Notes: generated from the letters alone by a model not told the origin. 64,000 nucleotides of DNA from an uncultured Gemmatimonadales bacterium (GCA_963842945.1 CAWJIM010000005.1:128001-192000); one strand, 5' to 3'; positions 39,269 to 49,868 are shown, counted from the first letter of the stretch. Numbers and translations: made by a program.

Positions 39269-40555
39269 TCACGCCAACTTGAACCCTCCCACCGCCCCCG
39301 TCAGCTTCTCCGCCGCCTGCGCCAGATGACTGGCTGAAGAGGAAATCTCCTCCGTAGACGCGTTGAGCTGCTGGGCGGCCGAGGCGATCTGTTGCGCGGC
39401 TGAGGCGTATTCCTCGGTGCCGGAGGAGACTTCCTTCATCCGGCCGGCGATCCCCTCGATCAGGCCGCGCACCTCGCCGGCCGAGTTCGAGATCCGCCGG
39501 GTCCACTCGTCGTTGGCCTCCGCTTCTTTCGCCACGTTCATCAGTCCGACCGCGGCCGCGTGCGCCGCCTCCCGCGCGGCCGTACCGCCCTGTCCCAGTC
39601 GCAGCAACCGCTCCCGCGCGGTCCCCACCTGGGCGACCACACTCTGCACCGTGTTGCTGGTTGACGTCGCCGCCTGCGCCGCCTGATTCGCCAGCTTCCG
39701 AACCTCCTCCGCCACCACGCTGAAGCCGCGGCCTTCGTCTCCCGCGCGCGCCGCCTCGATCGATGCGTTGAGCGCCAGCATGTGGGTCTGCTTGGCGATC
39801 AGCTTGGCCTGGATGATGAACTTCTCGATGTCGCCCGACGCGGTGGTCAGCGCCTCCGCCTCCGCCGAGCCCCGCTCGATCTCCTCCGCCAGACGGGCCA
39901 GCTCGGCCGTGCTCTGGTCCAGCCGCTCCCGGTGCGACCGGGCCATCCGGGCCAGCGCCGCATTCCGCTCGGCCGCCTGGATCGAGCCGGCAGCCAGCTC
40001 GTGGGCGATCTCCAGGATCTTCCCCGCGTCCTGCGCCGCCGCGCGGACCACCTGCGCCTGCTGGTTGGCCCGCTCGGTCAGGTCGCTGGTCGTGCCCGCG
40101 ACCTCCTGGGTGGAGGCCGTCATCTGCTGGGTGGAGGCGGCGATCTGCTGCGCCATCGAGGCCGCGTCGTGCGAATGCTGCCGGATCGTCCCCACCAGGT
40201 CCTGCAGCCGCTTCACCATGCCGACGATGGACGACGACAGCATGTCCAGCCCTTCGCGGCTGGCCCAGTCCGGCGTGCTCAGGTCGCCCTGCGACACCCG
40301 CGACGCGACCACCGCGACCTTGCCCGTGGGCTTGAGCACCTTGGTAAGCAGCAGCCGCACCAGCGCCTGCTCTATGGCTATGCCACAGATCAGGATGGCT
40401 GCGGTGCCCCAGACGATCGGATGGTAGAGGGAGAGACCTTCGCCGATGGGGCAGGCGGCCAGCAGCACCCCGGCTCCAACGGTGGCGAGGACCGCGGCGG
40501 AGGCAAAGCCGATCAGGTGCAGCCGGAAGATGAAGTTGTTGCGGGTGGATGCCAT
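39269..40555 (-). CDS. Methyl-accepting chemotaxis protein
   Basis: Two TMs, HAMP, and the signalling tip [34 protein letters not shown]. Confidence 0.93.
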   Translation of the reverse strand: MASTRNNFIFRLHLIGFASAAVLATVGAGVLLAACPIGEGLSLYHPIVWGTAAILICGIAIEQALVRLLLTKVLKPTGKVAVVASRVSQGDLSTPDWASREGLDMLSSSIVGMVKRLQDLVGTIRQHSHDAASMAQQIAASTQQMTASTQEVAGTTSDLTERANQQAQVVRAAAQDAGKILEIAHELAAGSIQAAERNAALARMARSHRERLDQSTAELARLAEEIERGSAEAEALTTASGDIEKFIIQAKLIAKQTHMLALNASIEAARAGDEGRGFSVVAEEVRKLANQAAQAATSTSNTVQSVVAQVGTARERLLRLGQGGTAAREAAHAAAVGLMNVAKEAEANDEWTRRISNSAGEVRGLIEGIAGRMKEVSSGTEEYASAAQQIASAAQQLNASTEEISSSASHLAQAAEKLTGAVGGFKLA

Positions 40556-40655
40556 GCTCCGGAGTATCGGTCGATCGGGGATCCCGCTTCACCCGGCTGC
40601 ATGGCAGTAAGCTGGCGTTGCAAATAGATTTACCGACTCCCGTTACCATCCAGTC

Positions 40656-43279
40656 ATGAAGACGACCGAGAGCCGAGTGAAGCAGAATCCCGGATCGACC
40701 CACGAGGGCTCCTACCAGCCCGACGTGGTGGAGGCCAAGTGGCAGGCCCGCTGGGCCGAGCGGCACACCAACGAGCCGGACCTCGACCGGGCCGCCCGCC
40801 CGTTCTACAACCTCATGATGTTCCCCTATCCCTCGGCCGAGGGGCTGCACGTGGGGAACATGTTCGCCTTCACCGGGGCCGACACCTACGGCCGGTTCAA
40901 GCGGCTGCAGGGCTACGACGTGTTCGAGCCGATCGGCTACGACGCCTTCGGGATCCACAGCGAGAACTACGCGATCGCCCAGGGGATCAATCCCGGCAAG
41001 CTGATCCCCCGGAACATCGCCAATTTCAGCCGGCAGCTCCGGCGGATCGGCGGCATGTTCGACTGGCGGCACGAGCTGTCCACCACCGATCCCAGCTACT
41101 ACAAGTGGACCCAGTGGATCTTCCTCCAGCTGTTCAAGGCGGGGAAGGCGTACAAGAAGGCGGCGGCGGTCAACTGGTGTCCCAAGGACAAGACCGTCCT
41201 GGCCAACGAGCAGGTCATCAACGGCCACTGCGAGCGCTGCGATTCCGTGGTCGAGCAGCGGTTCCTGGAGCAGTGGTTCTTCCGGATCACCGACTACGCC
41301 GACCGCCTGCTGGCCAACCTCGACGACAAGTCGAAGATGGACTGGTCCGAGAGCACCGTCCTGGCGCAGCGGAATTGGTTAGGGCGATCGGAAGGCGCGG
41401 AAATAGTTTTTAGCGGGGCAGCGGGGCAGCGGGGCAGCGGGGCAGAAGGTGTCACCCCGAGCGCACGGAGTGTCACCCTGAGCGCAGCGAAGGGGCCAGC
41501 TCCGAAGAGCCCGAGATCAGGGTCTTCACGACCCGGCCCGACACCATCTTCGGCGCCACCTTCATGGTCCTCGCCCCGGAGCATCCGCTTGGTGGACGCC
41601 TTCACCACCGCCGAGCACCGGGCCGAGGTGGACGCGTACCGGAAGATGGTCGCGGCCAAGGACCTGGTCTCCCGCAAGGTGGGCGACCGGGAGAAGACCG
41701 GCGTCTTCACCGGCGGCTACGCCGTGAACCCCGCGACCGGCCAGCCCATTCCGGTCTGGATCGCCGACTACGTCCTGATGGAGTACGGCACCGGCGCCAT
41801 CATGGCCGTGCCCGGCCACGACGAGCGGGACTTCGAGTTCGCCCGCCGCTACGGCCTGCCGATCGTCCGCGTCGTCGCAGATACCTCATCCCGAGCGGAG
41901 CGAGGGATCTTGCCCACCGACCCGGACGCTCCCGGCTGACGGCGGCGTACGTCGACAACGAAGCAAGGCGTCCTGGTCCACTCCGGCCAGTTCGACGGCC
42001 TCCCGGTCCCGGAGGCCAAGCGCGCCATCACTGCCTGGCTGGCCGAGCGCGGCGCGGGCAAGGCCGTGGTCAACTACCGGCTCCACGACTGGACCATCTC
42101 CCGCCAGCGCTACTGGGGCCCGCCCATCCCCATCATCTACTGCGACGAGCACGGCGCCGTCCCGGTCCCGGAGAAGGATCTCCCGGTCGAGCTCCCCATC
42201 ATCGAGGACTTCAAGCCCGACGACACCGGCGTCTCGCCCCTGGCCCGGCACGAGGAGTGGTACTACGTGCCCTGTCCGGTGTGCGGCAAGCGGGCGCCGG
42301 CGCGAGACCGACGTGAGCGACACCTTCCTCGACTCGGCCTGGTATTTCCTGCGGTATCCCAGCACCGAGTTCGACGACCGGCCGTTCGATCCGGCGCGCA
42401 CCCGGAAGTGGCTGCCGGTCACCAGCTACATCGGCGGCAACGAGCACGCCGTGCTCCATCTCCTGTACTCGCGCTTCATCACCATGGTGCTGCACGACCT
42501 GGGGCAGCTCGACTTCGAGGAGCCGTTCCGGAAGTTCCGGGCCCACGGCCTGATCGTGAAGGACGGCTCCAAGATGTCCAAGTCGCGGGGCAACGTCGTG
42601 GTGCCCGACGAGTACATCGCCCAGTGGGGCGCCGACACCTTCCGGATGTATTTGATGTTCCTGGGACCGTTCCAGGAGGGCGGCGACTTCCGGGACGAGG
42701 GCATCAGCGGCCCCCGGCGATTCCTGGAGAAGGTGTGGAATCTGGTCGGCCAGACGGCCCTCGCGACTCGAGACTCGCGACTCGCGCTGACTCCGCGACC
42801 CGCGACTCGTGACTCGCGACTCACCATCAAATACCACCAAACCGTGAAGCGCGTCACCGAGGGCATGGAGCAGCTCCACTACAACACCAGCATCGCGGCG
42901 CTGATGGAGTTCGTGAACGCGCTGCGGGAAGAGGGCTCAACTCATCGGGAGATGGTCGAGGGGCTGATCCTCATGCTGGCCCCCTTCGCGCCCCACTTTG
43001 CCGAGGAGAGCTGGGAGCGGCTGGGTCACGACACTTCGATTTTCGACGCGCGCTGGCCCGAGTGGGACGAGAGCGCTGGTGGTGGAGGACCAGGTCGAGG
43101 TGGTGATCCAGGTCAGCGGGAAGACCCGGGGCAGGGTGTCGGTGCCGCGGGATGCGGATCAGGGGGCGGTGGTGGCGGCGGCGCAGGAGGATGCGGCGGT
43201 GCGGCGGTTTACCGAGGGGAAGGAGGTTCGGAAGGTGGTGTACGTGCCGAACCGGTTGCTGAACTTGGTGGTCGGCTAA
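40656..43279 (+). CDS. leuS: Leucine--tRNA ligase; several frameshifts and three repeat-derived insertions
   Basis: [63 protein letters not shown]. Confidence 0.96.
41413..41495 (+). repeat. (GCGGGGCA)x4 plus two REP-like units inside leuS
   Basis: Four exact octamers at 41413-41444, then gtcaccccgagcgca and tgtcaccctgagcgcagcgaagggg. Confidence 0.9.
42760..42822 (+). repeat. Heptamer array (CGCGACT-like), in frame inside leuS
   Basis: ctcgcgactcgagactcgcgactcgcg..cgcgactcgtgactcgcgactc, translating as [21 protein letters not shown]. Confidence 0.85.
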
Positions 43280-43299
43280 GCCTTTCATCGCCCAAATCA

Positions 43300-43692
43300 A
43301 TGTCGAGAGCTGCTCAGCCGTGGAAACCGGTCTCAGCCGAAGTATTTCAGAGCGTGAGAAACTCGGGTCAGACAGTTCAGATCGCTAGAAATCAGTACCC
43401 CGAGTGGGCCAATAAAGTCGCGGAGATCCAAGCCATTTGGATCCACGATTACCAAACTCCTCGTGCCCTACAGTCCACTGATACATCCACACCTGTGAGT
43501 GGCTCTTTTGATGTGGAACGCCGAGGCAAACAGCAAGGTGATTCGCTCAAATTCGATCGCTACTACTACATCACATCAGGGGATGGCTCGTTTTGGCAAT
43601 CCGGTCCTTACAAAAATGTGGACTATGGCCATCACCTAACCGAGCGCCCTGATTTTCTCGAACAATATCCCAGGAGCTCATCCAGCACCTGA
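43300..43692 (+). CDS. Hypothetical protein with lower GC than its neighbours
   Basis: 130-codon ORF from ATG 43300 with many A/T-ending codons; no motif recognised. Confidence 0.55.
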   Translation: MSRAAQPWKPVSAEVFQSVRNSGQTVQIARNQYPEWANKVAEIQAIWIHDYQTPRALQSTDTSTPVSGSFDVERRGKQQGDSLKFDRYYYITSGDGSFWQSGPYKNVDYGHHLTERPDFLEQYPRSSSST

Positions 43693-43739
43693 CACCGAAG
43701 AAGCCTGTACAAGACAAAGGACAATCATCCTCGCACGAT

Positions 43740-43892
43740 CTTCCACAAGAACTTCGGCATGCGGATCGATCACCTGCTGGTCACCCGTCCTGTGGTGGAG
43801 CGCCCCCCTGGCGATCGACCTCGAAGAGCTCGGGCCATCCGTTCGACGCGGGGTGGGAAGGGGGCGGCGGCGCGGATCGCGGCGCGGACGGG
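43740..43892 (+). pseudogene. Decayed partial duplicate of the xth 3' end
   Basis: Matches 49051-49262 (cttccacaagaacttcggcatgcggatcgatcacctgctggtcacccg..) with substitutions and an internal deletion of about 70 nt. Confidence 0.9.
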
Positions 43893-43935
43893 CAAAGGCT
43901 GACGACGGCTCGCTGAGCGTTCGCGTGGTGCCGGC

Positions 43936-43954
43936 GGGTGATCCACACCACGGT
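43936..43954 (+). repeat. 19-bp dispersed motif GGGTGATCCACACCACGGT, copy 1
   Basis: Exact match to 49850-49868 and 53636-53654. Confidence 0.9.
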
Positions 43955-43981
43955 CCTGGGGAGTTGCCCGGCTCCGGTCAG

Positions 43982-46603
43982 CTACCGGGTCGGCGCGAGG
44001 CGATCGAAAGCGTGCTGCAGGCCGATCAAGGTGGACCGCGCCGAGCCACCGCTGAGCATGACGAAATGCTGATCGTCGGGGGCCACGTCGTACTCCCGGT
44101 AGGCATCACCGCTCACGAACGAGCCGGTGAACAGTAGGCGACGCCCGGTGACCGCGAAGGTGGGGCCGGGTGCGACCGCGGCTGCCATCAGGCTGTCGCC
44201 GGAGCGGAAGAACAGCTCCCGCCCGCTGTGGGCCCAGGCTGCCTCCGTGCCTCCGTGCAGCGAGACCGGCACCCTGGCCCCGGGCCCCGGATAGGGCCGC
44301 ACGTACACCTCCATCTGCCCCGTCTCGTCCGACTGGTACGCTAGCCACTTCCCGTTCGGTGAGAGCGCCGGAGCGGATTCGCCGAACGTGCCGGAGATCA
44401 AGAGTCGCGACGCGGGAGCCGAATCGAATGCCATGCTCCGAATCCCGTTGCGATCGCTCGCCGCCTCCTGATACACCACGGCACGTCCATCAGGAGTGAC
44501 TGTCCCCGCGAACCGGTTGCCGTTGGCGACCAGCAGGCTCTCGGGACGGCCGCTGCCGTCGGCGTCGATCCACCAGAGGTCGTCGTTGCTGGAGTAGACC
44601 AGACGACGGCCGTCGGGCGTCCAGATCGGCCGATTGTTGATCCCGCTGGTGGTGAGGCGCGACCAGGTGCTTTGCGCGACATCGAAGACCCAGATGTCCT
44701 TCGTGCCCGCCTGGTCGGTGATCCCGAGTGCCATGCGGCGTCCGTCGGGGGAGAAACGAGGGCTGGCGAAGCGCCGGGCCTCGCCCGGAATGAGCTTGGC
44801 CGATCCCGAGCGCCCGACCAGCACCAGACGGCGCGGGGAGTCCCCGCCGGACTGCGGATAGACGATGGCGCCGCTGGCCGAGACCGCCGCGCGGGAGACG
44901 AAGCCGTCGGGTTGGGACACGTCACGCGTGATCGTGACCGGCGGTCCGCTCGGCCGACCCCGCTTCGCATCGAAGGGCAGGGCGATCAGGCTGCCGTCCG
45001 CGCTGCCCAGGGTCACGAAGCCGGCCGCTACCCACCGCGGACTGAATCCCGGCTGATCGAATCTGGTGATGGCGTGGGTGTCGAGATTCAACGCCGCGAG
45101 GCGGCTGCTCGATCCGTTGAACAGCGAGAACAGCACGGTCCGGGTCCCCGGCAAGAGCATCGGGCCCCGGAAAGCCTCGGTCGAGGTGCTGTCGGGACGC
45201 GCGATCTCGTGCGGCGTCCCACCTTGGGCCGACACCGCCATCAGTATCCGCGAATTGGGACTGATGGAGGGCGCCGTGTGGTAGCGGACGGTGTCGTCGT
45301 CGCCCCAGGAGAAGGAGTAGCCGGTGCAGGAGTCGCAGATCGTCACCGGCGCGCCGCCGGCCAGCGGGACCTTCACGACCCTGGCGCCATCCAGGTATCC
45401 GAGCCACCGGCCGTCGGGGGAAAAGAAGGGGTTGACCGCTCGACGCGCGCCGGCGACCGGCACCGCGTCGAGCCTGTCGGCCGCGCGCAGCATCAGGCCT
45501 ACACGCGAGGTGTAGGCGAAGACGGAGCCATCGGGAGCGTAGGCCAGGCCGCTTCCATTGTGGTCGGCCAGCGCGGCGCTGTCCGGCAGCGTCATGGCGT
45601 ACTTCAGGACCACCGGCGGAAACTGCTGGGCCGGTTGCCGGCCCCGCATTCCGAGAAGCACTGCGGCGGCGGTGGCGACCGCCGCGACGGCACCGAGGAG
45701 GTAGAGGGCGATTGGTCGAGCGGATCTGGGCCGGACGTGCCTGTGACCGCCCGACCGGCTGGCCGCCTGACCCTCCAGCGCCGTGGCGAACTCGGCCGCG
45801 GTGGCGAACCGGTCGGCCGGCAGCTTAGCCAGCGCCGTCAGCACCGCATCCTCGACCGCGGAAGGGACGCTCCGGCGCTGGGCCGTGAGCCCGGCCGGCT
45901 CCGCCGTGATCACCTTGGCCACGATCGCCTGCGCCGTGGGACCGGTGAACGGCGGCTCGCCCACCAGCATTTCGTAGGTCATGACGCCGAGCGCGTACAC
46001 GTCGCTCCGGGCGGTGATCTCCCGCTCGCCCATCGCCTGTTCCGGCGACATGTAGTGCGGCGTGCCGAGCGACATCCCGGTCTCGGTCATCCGGCTGCCG
46101 CCCGCGCTCGAGACCGCCAGCGCGATCCCGAAATCCGCTACCAGCGCAGAGCCGTCGTGCAGCATCACGTTCTCGGGCTTGATGTCGCGGTGGATCACCC
46201 CGTGCCGGTGGGCGTAGTCGAGGGCGCTGGCGACTTCGGTCGCGAGCCGCACGGCCTCCGCGATGGGGAGCTGCTTCTCGCGGGTGAGCCGGTCGCGCAG
46301 GCTCTCGCCCTCCACGAACGGCATCACGTAATACGCGGTGCCATGAACCTCACCCGAGTCGATCAGGCCGAGAATGTGAGGGTGCTGCAGGTTGGCGATG
46401 GTTTTGATCTCGCGGAGAAATCGCTCGGCCCCGATCACTGCGGCCAGCTCGGGGCGGAGCACCTTGATCGCGACCCGGCGGTCGTGCCGGAGGTCCTGCG
46501 CGAGATAGACCGTGGCCATGCCGCCCGCGCCCAGCTCGCGCTCGAGGTTGTACCGGCCGGCAAGCGCGGCGCGCAGTGACTCAACTGGGGCGGGGGCAGT
46601 CAT
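43982..46603 (-). CDS. Ser/Thr protein kinase with TM and TolB-like (PD40) beta-propeller repeats
   Basis: LGAGGMATVY, HRDIKPEN, DFG, GTPHYMSPE; repeated FSPDG/WTPDG. Confidence 0.95.
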   Translation of the reverse strand: MTAPAPVESLRAALAGRYNLERELGAGGMATVYLAQDLRHDRRVAIKVLRPELAAVIGAERFLREIKTIANLQHPHILGLIDSGEVHGTAYYVMPFVEGESLRDRLTREKQLPIAEAVRLATEVASALDYAHRHGVIHRDIKPENVMLHDGSALVADFGIALAVSSAGGSRMTETGMSLGTPHYMSPEQAMGEREITARSDVYALGVMTYEMLVGEPPFTGPTAQAIVAKVITAEPAGLTAQRRSVPSAVEDAVLTALAKLPADRFATAAEFATALEGQAASRSGGHRHVRPRSARPIALYLLGAVAAVATAAAVLLGMRGRQPAQQFPPVVLKYAMTLPDSAALADHNGSGLAYAPDGSVFAYTSRVGLMLRAADRLDAVPVAGARRAVNPFFSPDGRWLGYLDGARVVKVPLAGGAPVTICDSCTGYSFSWGDDDTVRYHTAPSISPNSRILMAVSAQGGTPHEIARPDSTSTEAFRGPMLLPGTRTVLFSLFNGSSSRLAALNLDTHAITRFDQPGFSPRWVAAGFVTLGSADGSLIALPFDAKRGRPSGPPVTITRDVSQPDGFVSRAAVSASGAIVYPQSGGDSPRRLVLVGRSGSAKLIPGEARRFASPRFSPDGRRMALGITDQAGTKDIWVFDVAQSTWSRLTTSGINNRPIWTPDGRRLVYSSNDDLWWIDADGSGRPESLLVANGNRFAGTVTPDGRAVVYQEAASDRNGIRSMAFDSAPASRLLISGTFGESAPALSPNGKWLAYQSDETGQMEVYVRPYPGPGARVPVSLHGGTEAAWAHSGRELFFRSGDSLMAAAVAPGPTFAVTGRRLLFTGSFVSGDAYREYDVAPDDQHFVMLSGGSARSTLIGLQHAFDRLAPTR

Positions 46604-46811
46604 GGGAGTGACGGAATGTGTGGCGCGGAGCGACCGGGCGCCAGCGAGGGGCTCGTGCGCTTACTACCCTGGGCGAGCCGAGGTCGAGGTCGTCCTTCAG
46701 TACTCCCCGACGTACCAGAGATCTGAGCCAAGCGGCATCGTGGCAATTCACCAGCACGGTAGTTTGCGAAACGCTCGCGATTTAAACTCGTTATCCAGTA
46801 CTATGGTCTAA

Positions 46812-46840
46812 TTGACCGGTACGGTGCCAAAGCCTACCGT
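46812..46840 (+). promoter_or_regulatory. Putative sigma70-type promoter
   Basis: TTGACC, 17 nt, TACCGT, just upstream of the riboswitch. Confidence 0.5.
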
Positions 46841-46860
46841 GCCCCACGTTCCCTCGCACC

Positions 46861-46972
46861 CACCAAGGCACACCCGGCGAAAGCCGGGGTCGCAAAGCCA
46901 CGGGTCCTCGCCCCCTCCGCGACGCCGGACATCAGACGCCACGAAGGCCCCAAGACCGCCGAGCTACCTGAA
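46861..46972 (+). ncRNA. c-di-GMP-I (GEMM-I) riboswitch aptamer
   Basis: GGCACACCCGGC-GAAA-GCCGGGGUCGCAAAGCCACGGGUC..GACCGCCGAGCUACC follows the GEMM-I pattern, with an enlarged P3 loop. Confidence 0.75.
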
Positions 46973-46995
46973 GACCAGCTCGGCGTCGTGTTTTT
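46957..46995 (+). terminator. Intrinsic terminator overlapping the aptamer 3' strand
   Basis: CGCCGAGCT / AGCTCGGCG stem followed by TCGTGTTTTT. Confidence 0.7.
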
Positions 46996-47074
46996 GCCGA
47001 CCCGGGCCTTCGAGGGGCGCGACGTCAGACGAGAGCAATGGTGCCGTCGCCAACCCCCTGAGAAAGGAATCCCC

Positions 47075-48289
47075 ATGCCTGTCACCGCCACAAAGTCACC
47101 GGACGCCACAGCGGTCCGGCCGTTCGCGAAGACCGAGTTCCCTGAGGCGGAGCTCGAGGCCCTGCGTGGGCGCATCCTGGCCACACGATGGCCCGAAAAG
47201 GAGACCGTCGACGATCAGTCGCAGGGCGTGCAGCTCGCGACGATGCAGAGACTCGCCCGCTATTGGGCGACGGACTACGACTGGCGTAAGATGCGAGACG
47301 AAGTTGAATGCCCTGCCGCAATTCATCACCGAGATCGATGGACTGGACATCCATTTCATTCACGTCCGTTCACAACACGAGAATGCGTTGCCGCTGATCG
47401 TCACCCACGGATGGCCCGGCTCGGTCATCGAACAGATGAAAATCATCGACCCGCTGATCAATCCCACGGCCCACGGTGGGAGCGCGTCGGACGCTTTTCA
47501 TCGTGGTGATCCCGTCGATACCGGGCTACGGCTTCTCCGGCAAGCCGACCACCACCGGCTGGGGCCCCCCTCACATCGCGCAGGCCTGGGTCGTGCTGAT
47601 GAAGCGCCTCGGCTACACGAGATTTGTGGCGCAAGGCGGCGATTGGGGCGCGGTCATCACGGATCTAATGGGTCTGCAGGCGGCTCCCGAATTGCTCGGC
47701 ATCCACGTCAACATGCCCGGCATCTTTCCAGCCGACATTGATGCGGCGGCCTTCTCCGGCGCTCCGGCGCCATCGGGTCTCTCAGCCGATGAGAAACTCG
47801 CTTACGACCGCCTGCAGTTCGTCTATCAAAAGGGAATCGCCTACGGCTACCAGATGGGTCTGCGACCGCAAACATTATTCGGAATCGCGGACTCACCCGT
47901 CGGCCTGGCGGCGTATTTCCTGGATCACGACGCCCGCAGCCTGGAGCTGATCTCCCGCGTCTTTCGAGGGACAAGCCGAGGGCCTCACCCGCGACGACAT
48001 CCTCGACAACATCACGCTCACCTGGTTGACCAACACGGCGATGTCTGGCGCCCGTCTCTACTGGGAGTATTTCGGCAAGGGGTATTTCAATGCCAAAGGC
48101 GTCACCATCCCGGTGGCCGTGAGCGTCTTTCCGGACGAGCTCTATCCGGCCCCGCGGAGCTGGACCGAGCGGGCCTATCCCAAGCTGATCCATTACAACA
48201 AGCTCGACAAAGGCGGCCACTTTGCGGCCTGGGAACAGCCGAAAATCTTTTCGGAGGAGGTTCGCGCCGGGTTCCGGTCGCTTCGCTAG
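47075..48289 (+). CDS. Epoxide hydrolase (EHN + alpha/beta hydrolase); about three frameshifts
   Basis: RWPEKET, YWATDYDWR, HGWPGS, PGYGFS, QGGDWG, DSPVGLAA, GGHFAAWEQP across frames. Confidence 0.88.
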
Positions 48290-48394
48290 AACGTGTGAGA
48301 AGGCTGCAACCAGGAGTAGCACACCGCCGCCGACAGCTTCGACTATCGGCGGCGGTTCCCGCTTTGGGTGAAGGTGACACCAGTAAGTTCCGTC

Positions 48395-49276
48395 ATGCGG
48401 ATCGCAACCTGGAACGTGAACTCGCTCAAAGCCCGCCTGGAGAAGGTCTCCCGGTGGCTGGAGCGGGCGCGGCCCGATGTGCTGCTGATGCAGGAGACCA
48501 AGCTGGCGGATTCAGCCGCGCCGGTCGCCGAGTTTCGCGCTGCCGGCTACGAGCTGGCTCACCACGGCGAGGGGCAGTGGAACGGAGTCGCCATCGCCAG
48601 CCGCGTCGGGATCGTCGGCGTGGTGACCAACTTCGGCGAACCGCTCCGCCCGGCGCGGACTCCCGATATCGGTGACGACGAGCCGCTGGCGGAGGCGCGG
48701 ATGATGGCCGCGACCTGCGGAGGCGTGCGCGTCGTGTCGGTCTACGCTCCCAATGGAAGGTCCGTCGGCTCGTCCTTCTACGAAGCCAAACTGGTGTGGT
48801 ACGAGCGTCTCGCCCGCTGGCTCGAGCAAGCGGCCGATCCGGCGGAGCCCCTCGTGCTCGGCGGCGACTTCAATCTCGCTCCCGAGGACCAGGACGTGTG
48901 GGACCCGGTGGCCTGCCATGGCGGGACCCACGTGTCACCCCGGGAGCGGGACGCCTTCTTCCGGCTGTGTCGCTGGGGTCTGGTGGACGCCTACCGCCTT
49001 CGTCACGCCGAGACGGGGCGCTACACCTGGTGGGATTATCGCGCGGGGAACTTCCACAAGAACTTCGGCATGCGGATCGATCACCTGCTGGTCACCCGCC
49101 CCGTGGCGGAGCGCACGGTGTGGGCCGAGATCGATCGGGAGGCCCGGAAGGGCAAGCCGATCCCGTCGGACCACGCCCCCCTGGCGATCGACCTCGACAG
49201 CCCGGGCCATCCGTTCGACGCGGGGTGGGAGGCGGCGGTGGCGCGCATCGCCGCTCGAACGGTCCGCACCGGATAG
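48395..49276 (+). CDS. xth: Exodeoxyribonuclease III
   Basis: ATWNVNS, QETK, YAPNG, GDFN, YTWWDYR, RIDH, SDHAP. Confidence 0.93.
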   Translation: MRIATWNVNSLKARLEKVSRWLERARPDVLLMQETKLADSAAPVAEFRAAGYELAHHGEGQWNGVAIASRVGIVGVVTNFGEPLRPARTPDIGDDEPLAEARMMAATCGGVRVVSVYAPNGRSVGSSFYEAKLVWYERLARWLEQAADPAEPLVLGGDFNLAPEDQDVWDPVACHGGTHVSPRERDAFFRLCRWGLVDAYRLRHAETGRYTWWDYRAGNFHKNFGMRIDHLLVTRPVAERTVWAEIDREARKGKPIPSDHAPLAIDLDSPGHPFDAGWEAAVARIAARTVRTG

Positions 49277-49389
49277 AGGGGCGGCAATCGAACAAGCCTT
49301 TCGGCGGCTCGCCGCAGCGCGGGCCAGCCCCTTCCGCCGACCCTGAAACGTCTCCATGCTTCTGGAAAGCCTGCACGAGAGTCCACGAC

Positions 49390-49855
49390 ATGTCAGCCGA
49401 CAACGGTGAAGAGCTTACCCGAATACTCGCAACCCATAGAGAGCAGGTAGCGGCGGCCCGGGTGGCGGCCCAGCAACGCGCCCGCAACGACGAGAGCGCC
49501 CGGCACGACTGCGAAGCACCGCTTCGCCGCGTAGTCTTTCCTCTGCTTCAAGAATGGTCGCTGCGGCTCGGGACCGAAGGGTATCCGGGCAGCGTCGAGG
49601 ACCGCCTCGGCTGTCGTCCCCCCAGCCTGGGTATTTCGGCTGGCGCCTCACGGAGCTCCGGCATCGTCCCTGACGCTCGCATGCGAGGCGGGCCCGTCGG
49701 TACGCTTCAAGATGAACGTGGATGGCAAGGACCTGGCCAACGATCTGCAAACCCCGCTCACCCAACTTGAGGCTCACGTCGTCGTTGAGCAGCTCGGCCG
49801 CTTCGTGACAGCGGCGCTGGCGGCGACCATACCGACAAGAAGCGACTGCGGGTGA
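49390..49855 (+). CDS. Hypothetical protein; frameshift near 49632
   Basis: MSADNGEELTRIL..; continues as FRLAPHGAP..LGRFVTAAL..DCG to a TGA that lies inside the 19-bp motif. Confidence 0.6.
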
Positions 49856-49868
49856 TCCACACCACGGT
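49850..49868 (+). repeat. 19-bp dispersed motif, copy 2
   Basis: Exact match; identity with copy 1 extends to 24 bp (gcgggtgatccacaccacggtcct). Confidence 0.9.

Noticed and set aside
42313..43692. LeuS fused to a novel C-terminal domain
   Set aside because: A frameshift near 43075 causes the read-through. The normal LeuS C-terminus is in ORF 42998-43279, and the downstream ORF has its own ATG and different composition.
44672..46579. Long antisense ORFs (e.g. 635 aa opposite the kinase, 666 aa opposite leuS)
   Set aside because: Shadow frames expected in high-GC coding DNA; they show no motifs and overlap well-supported genes.
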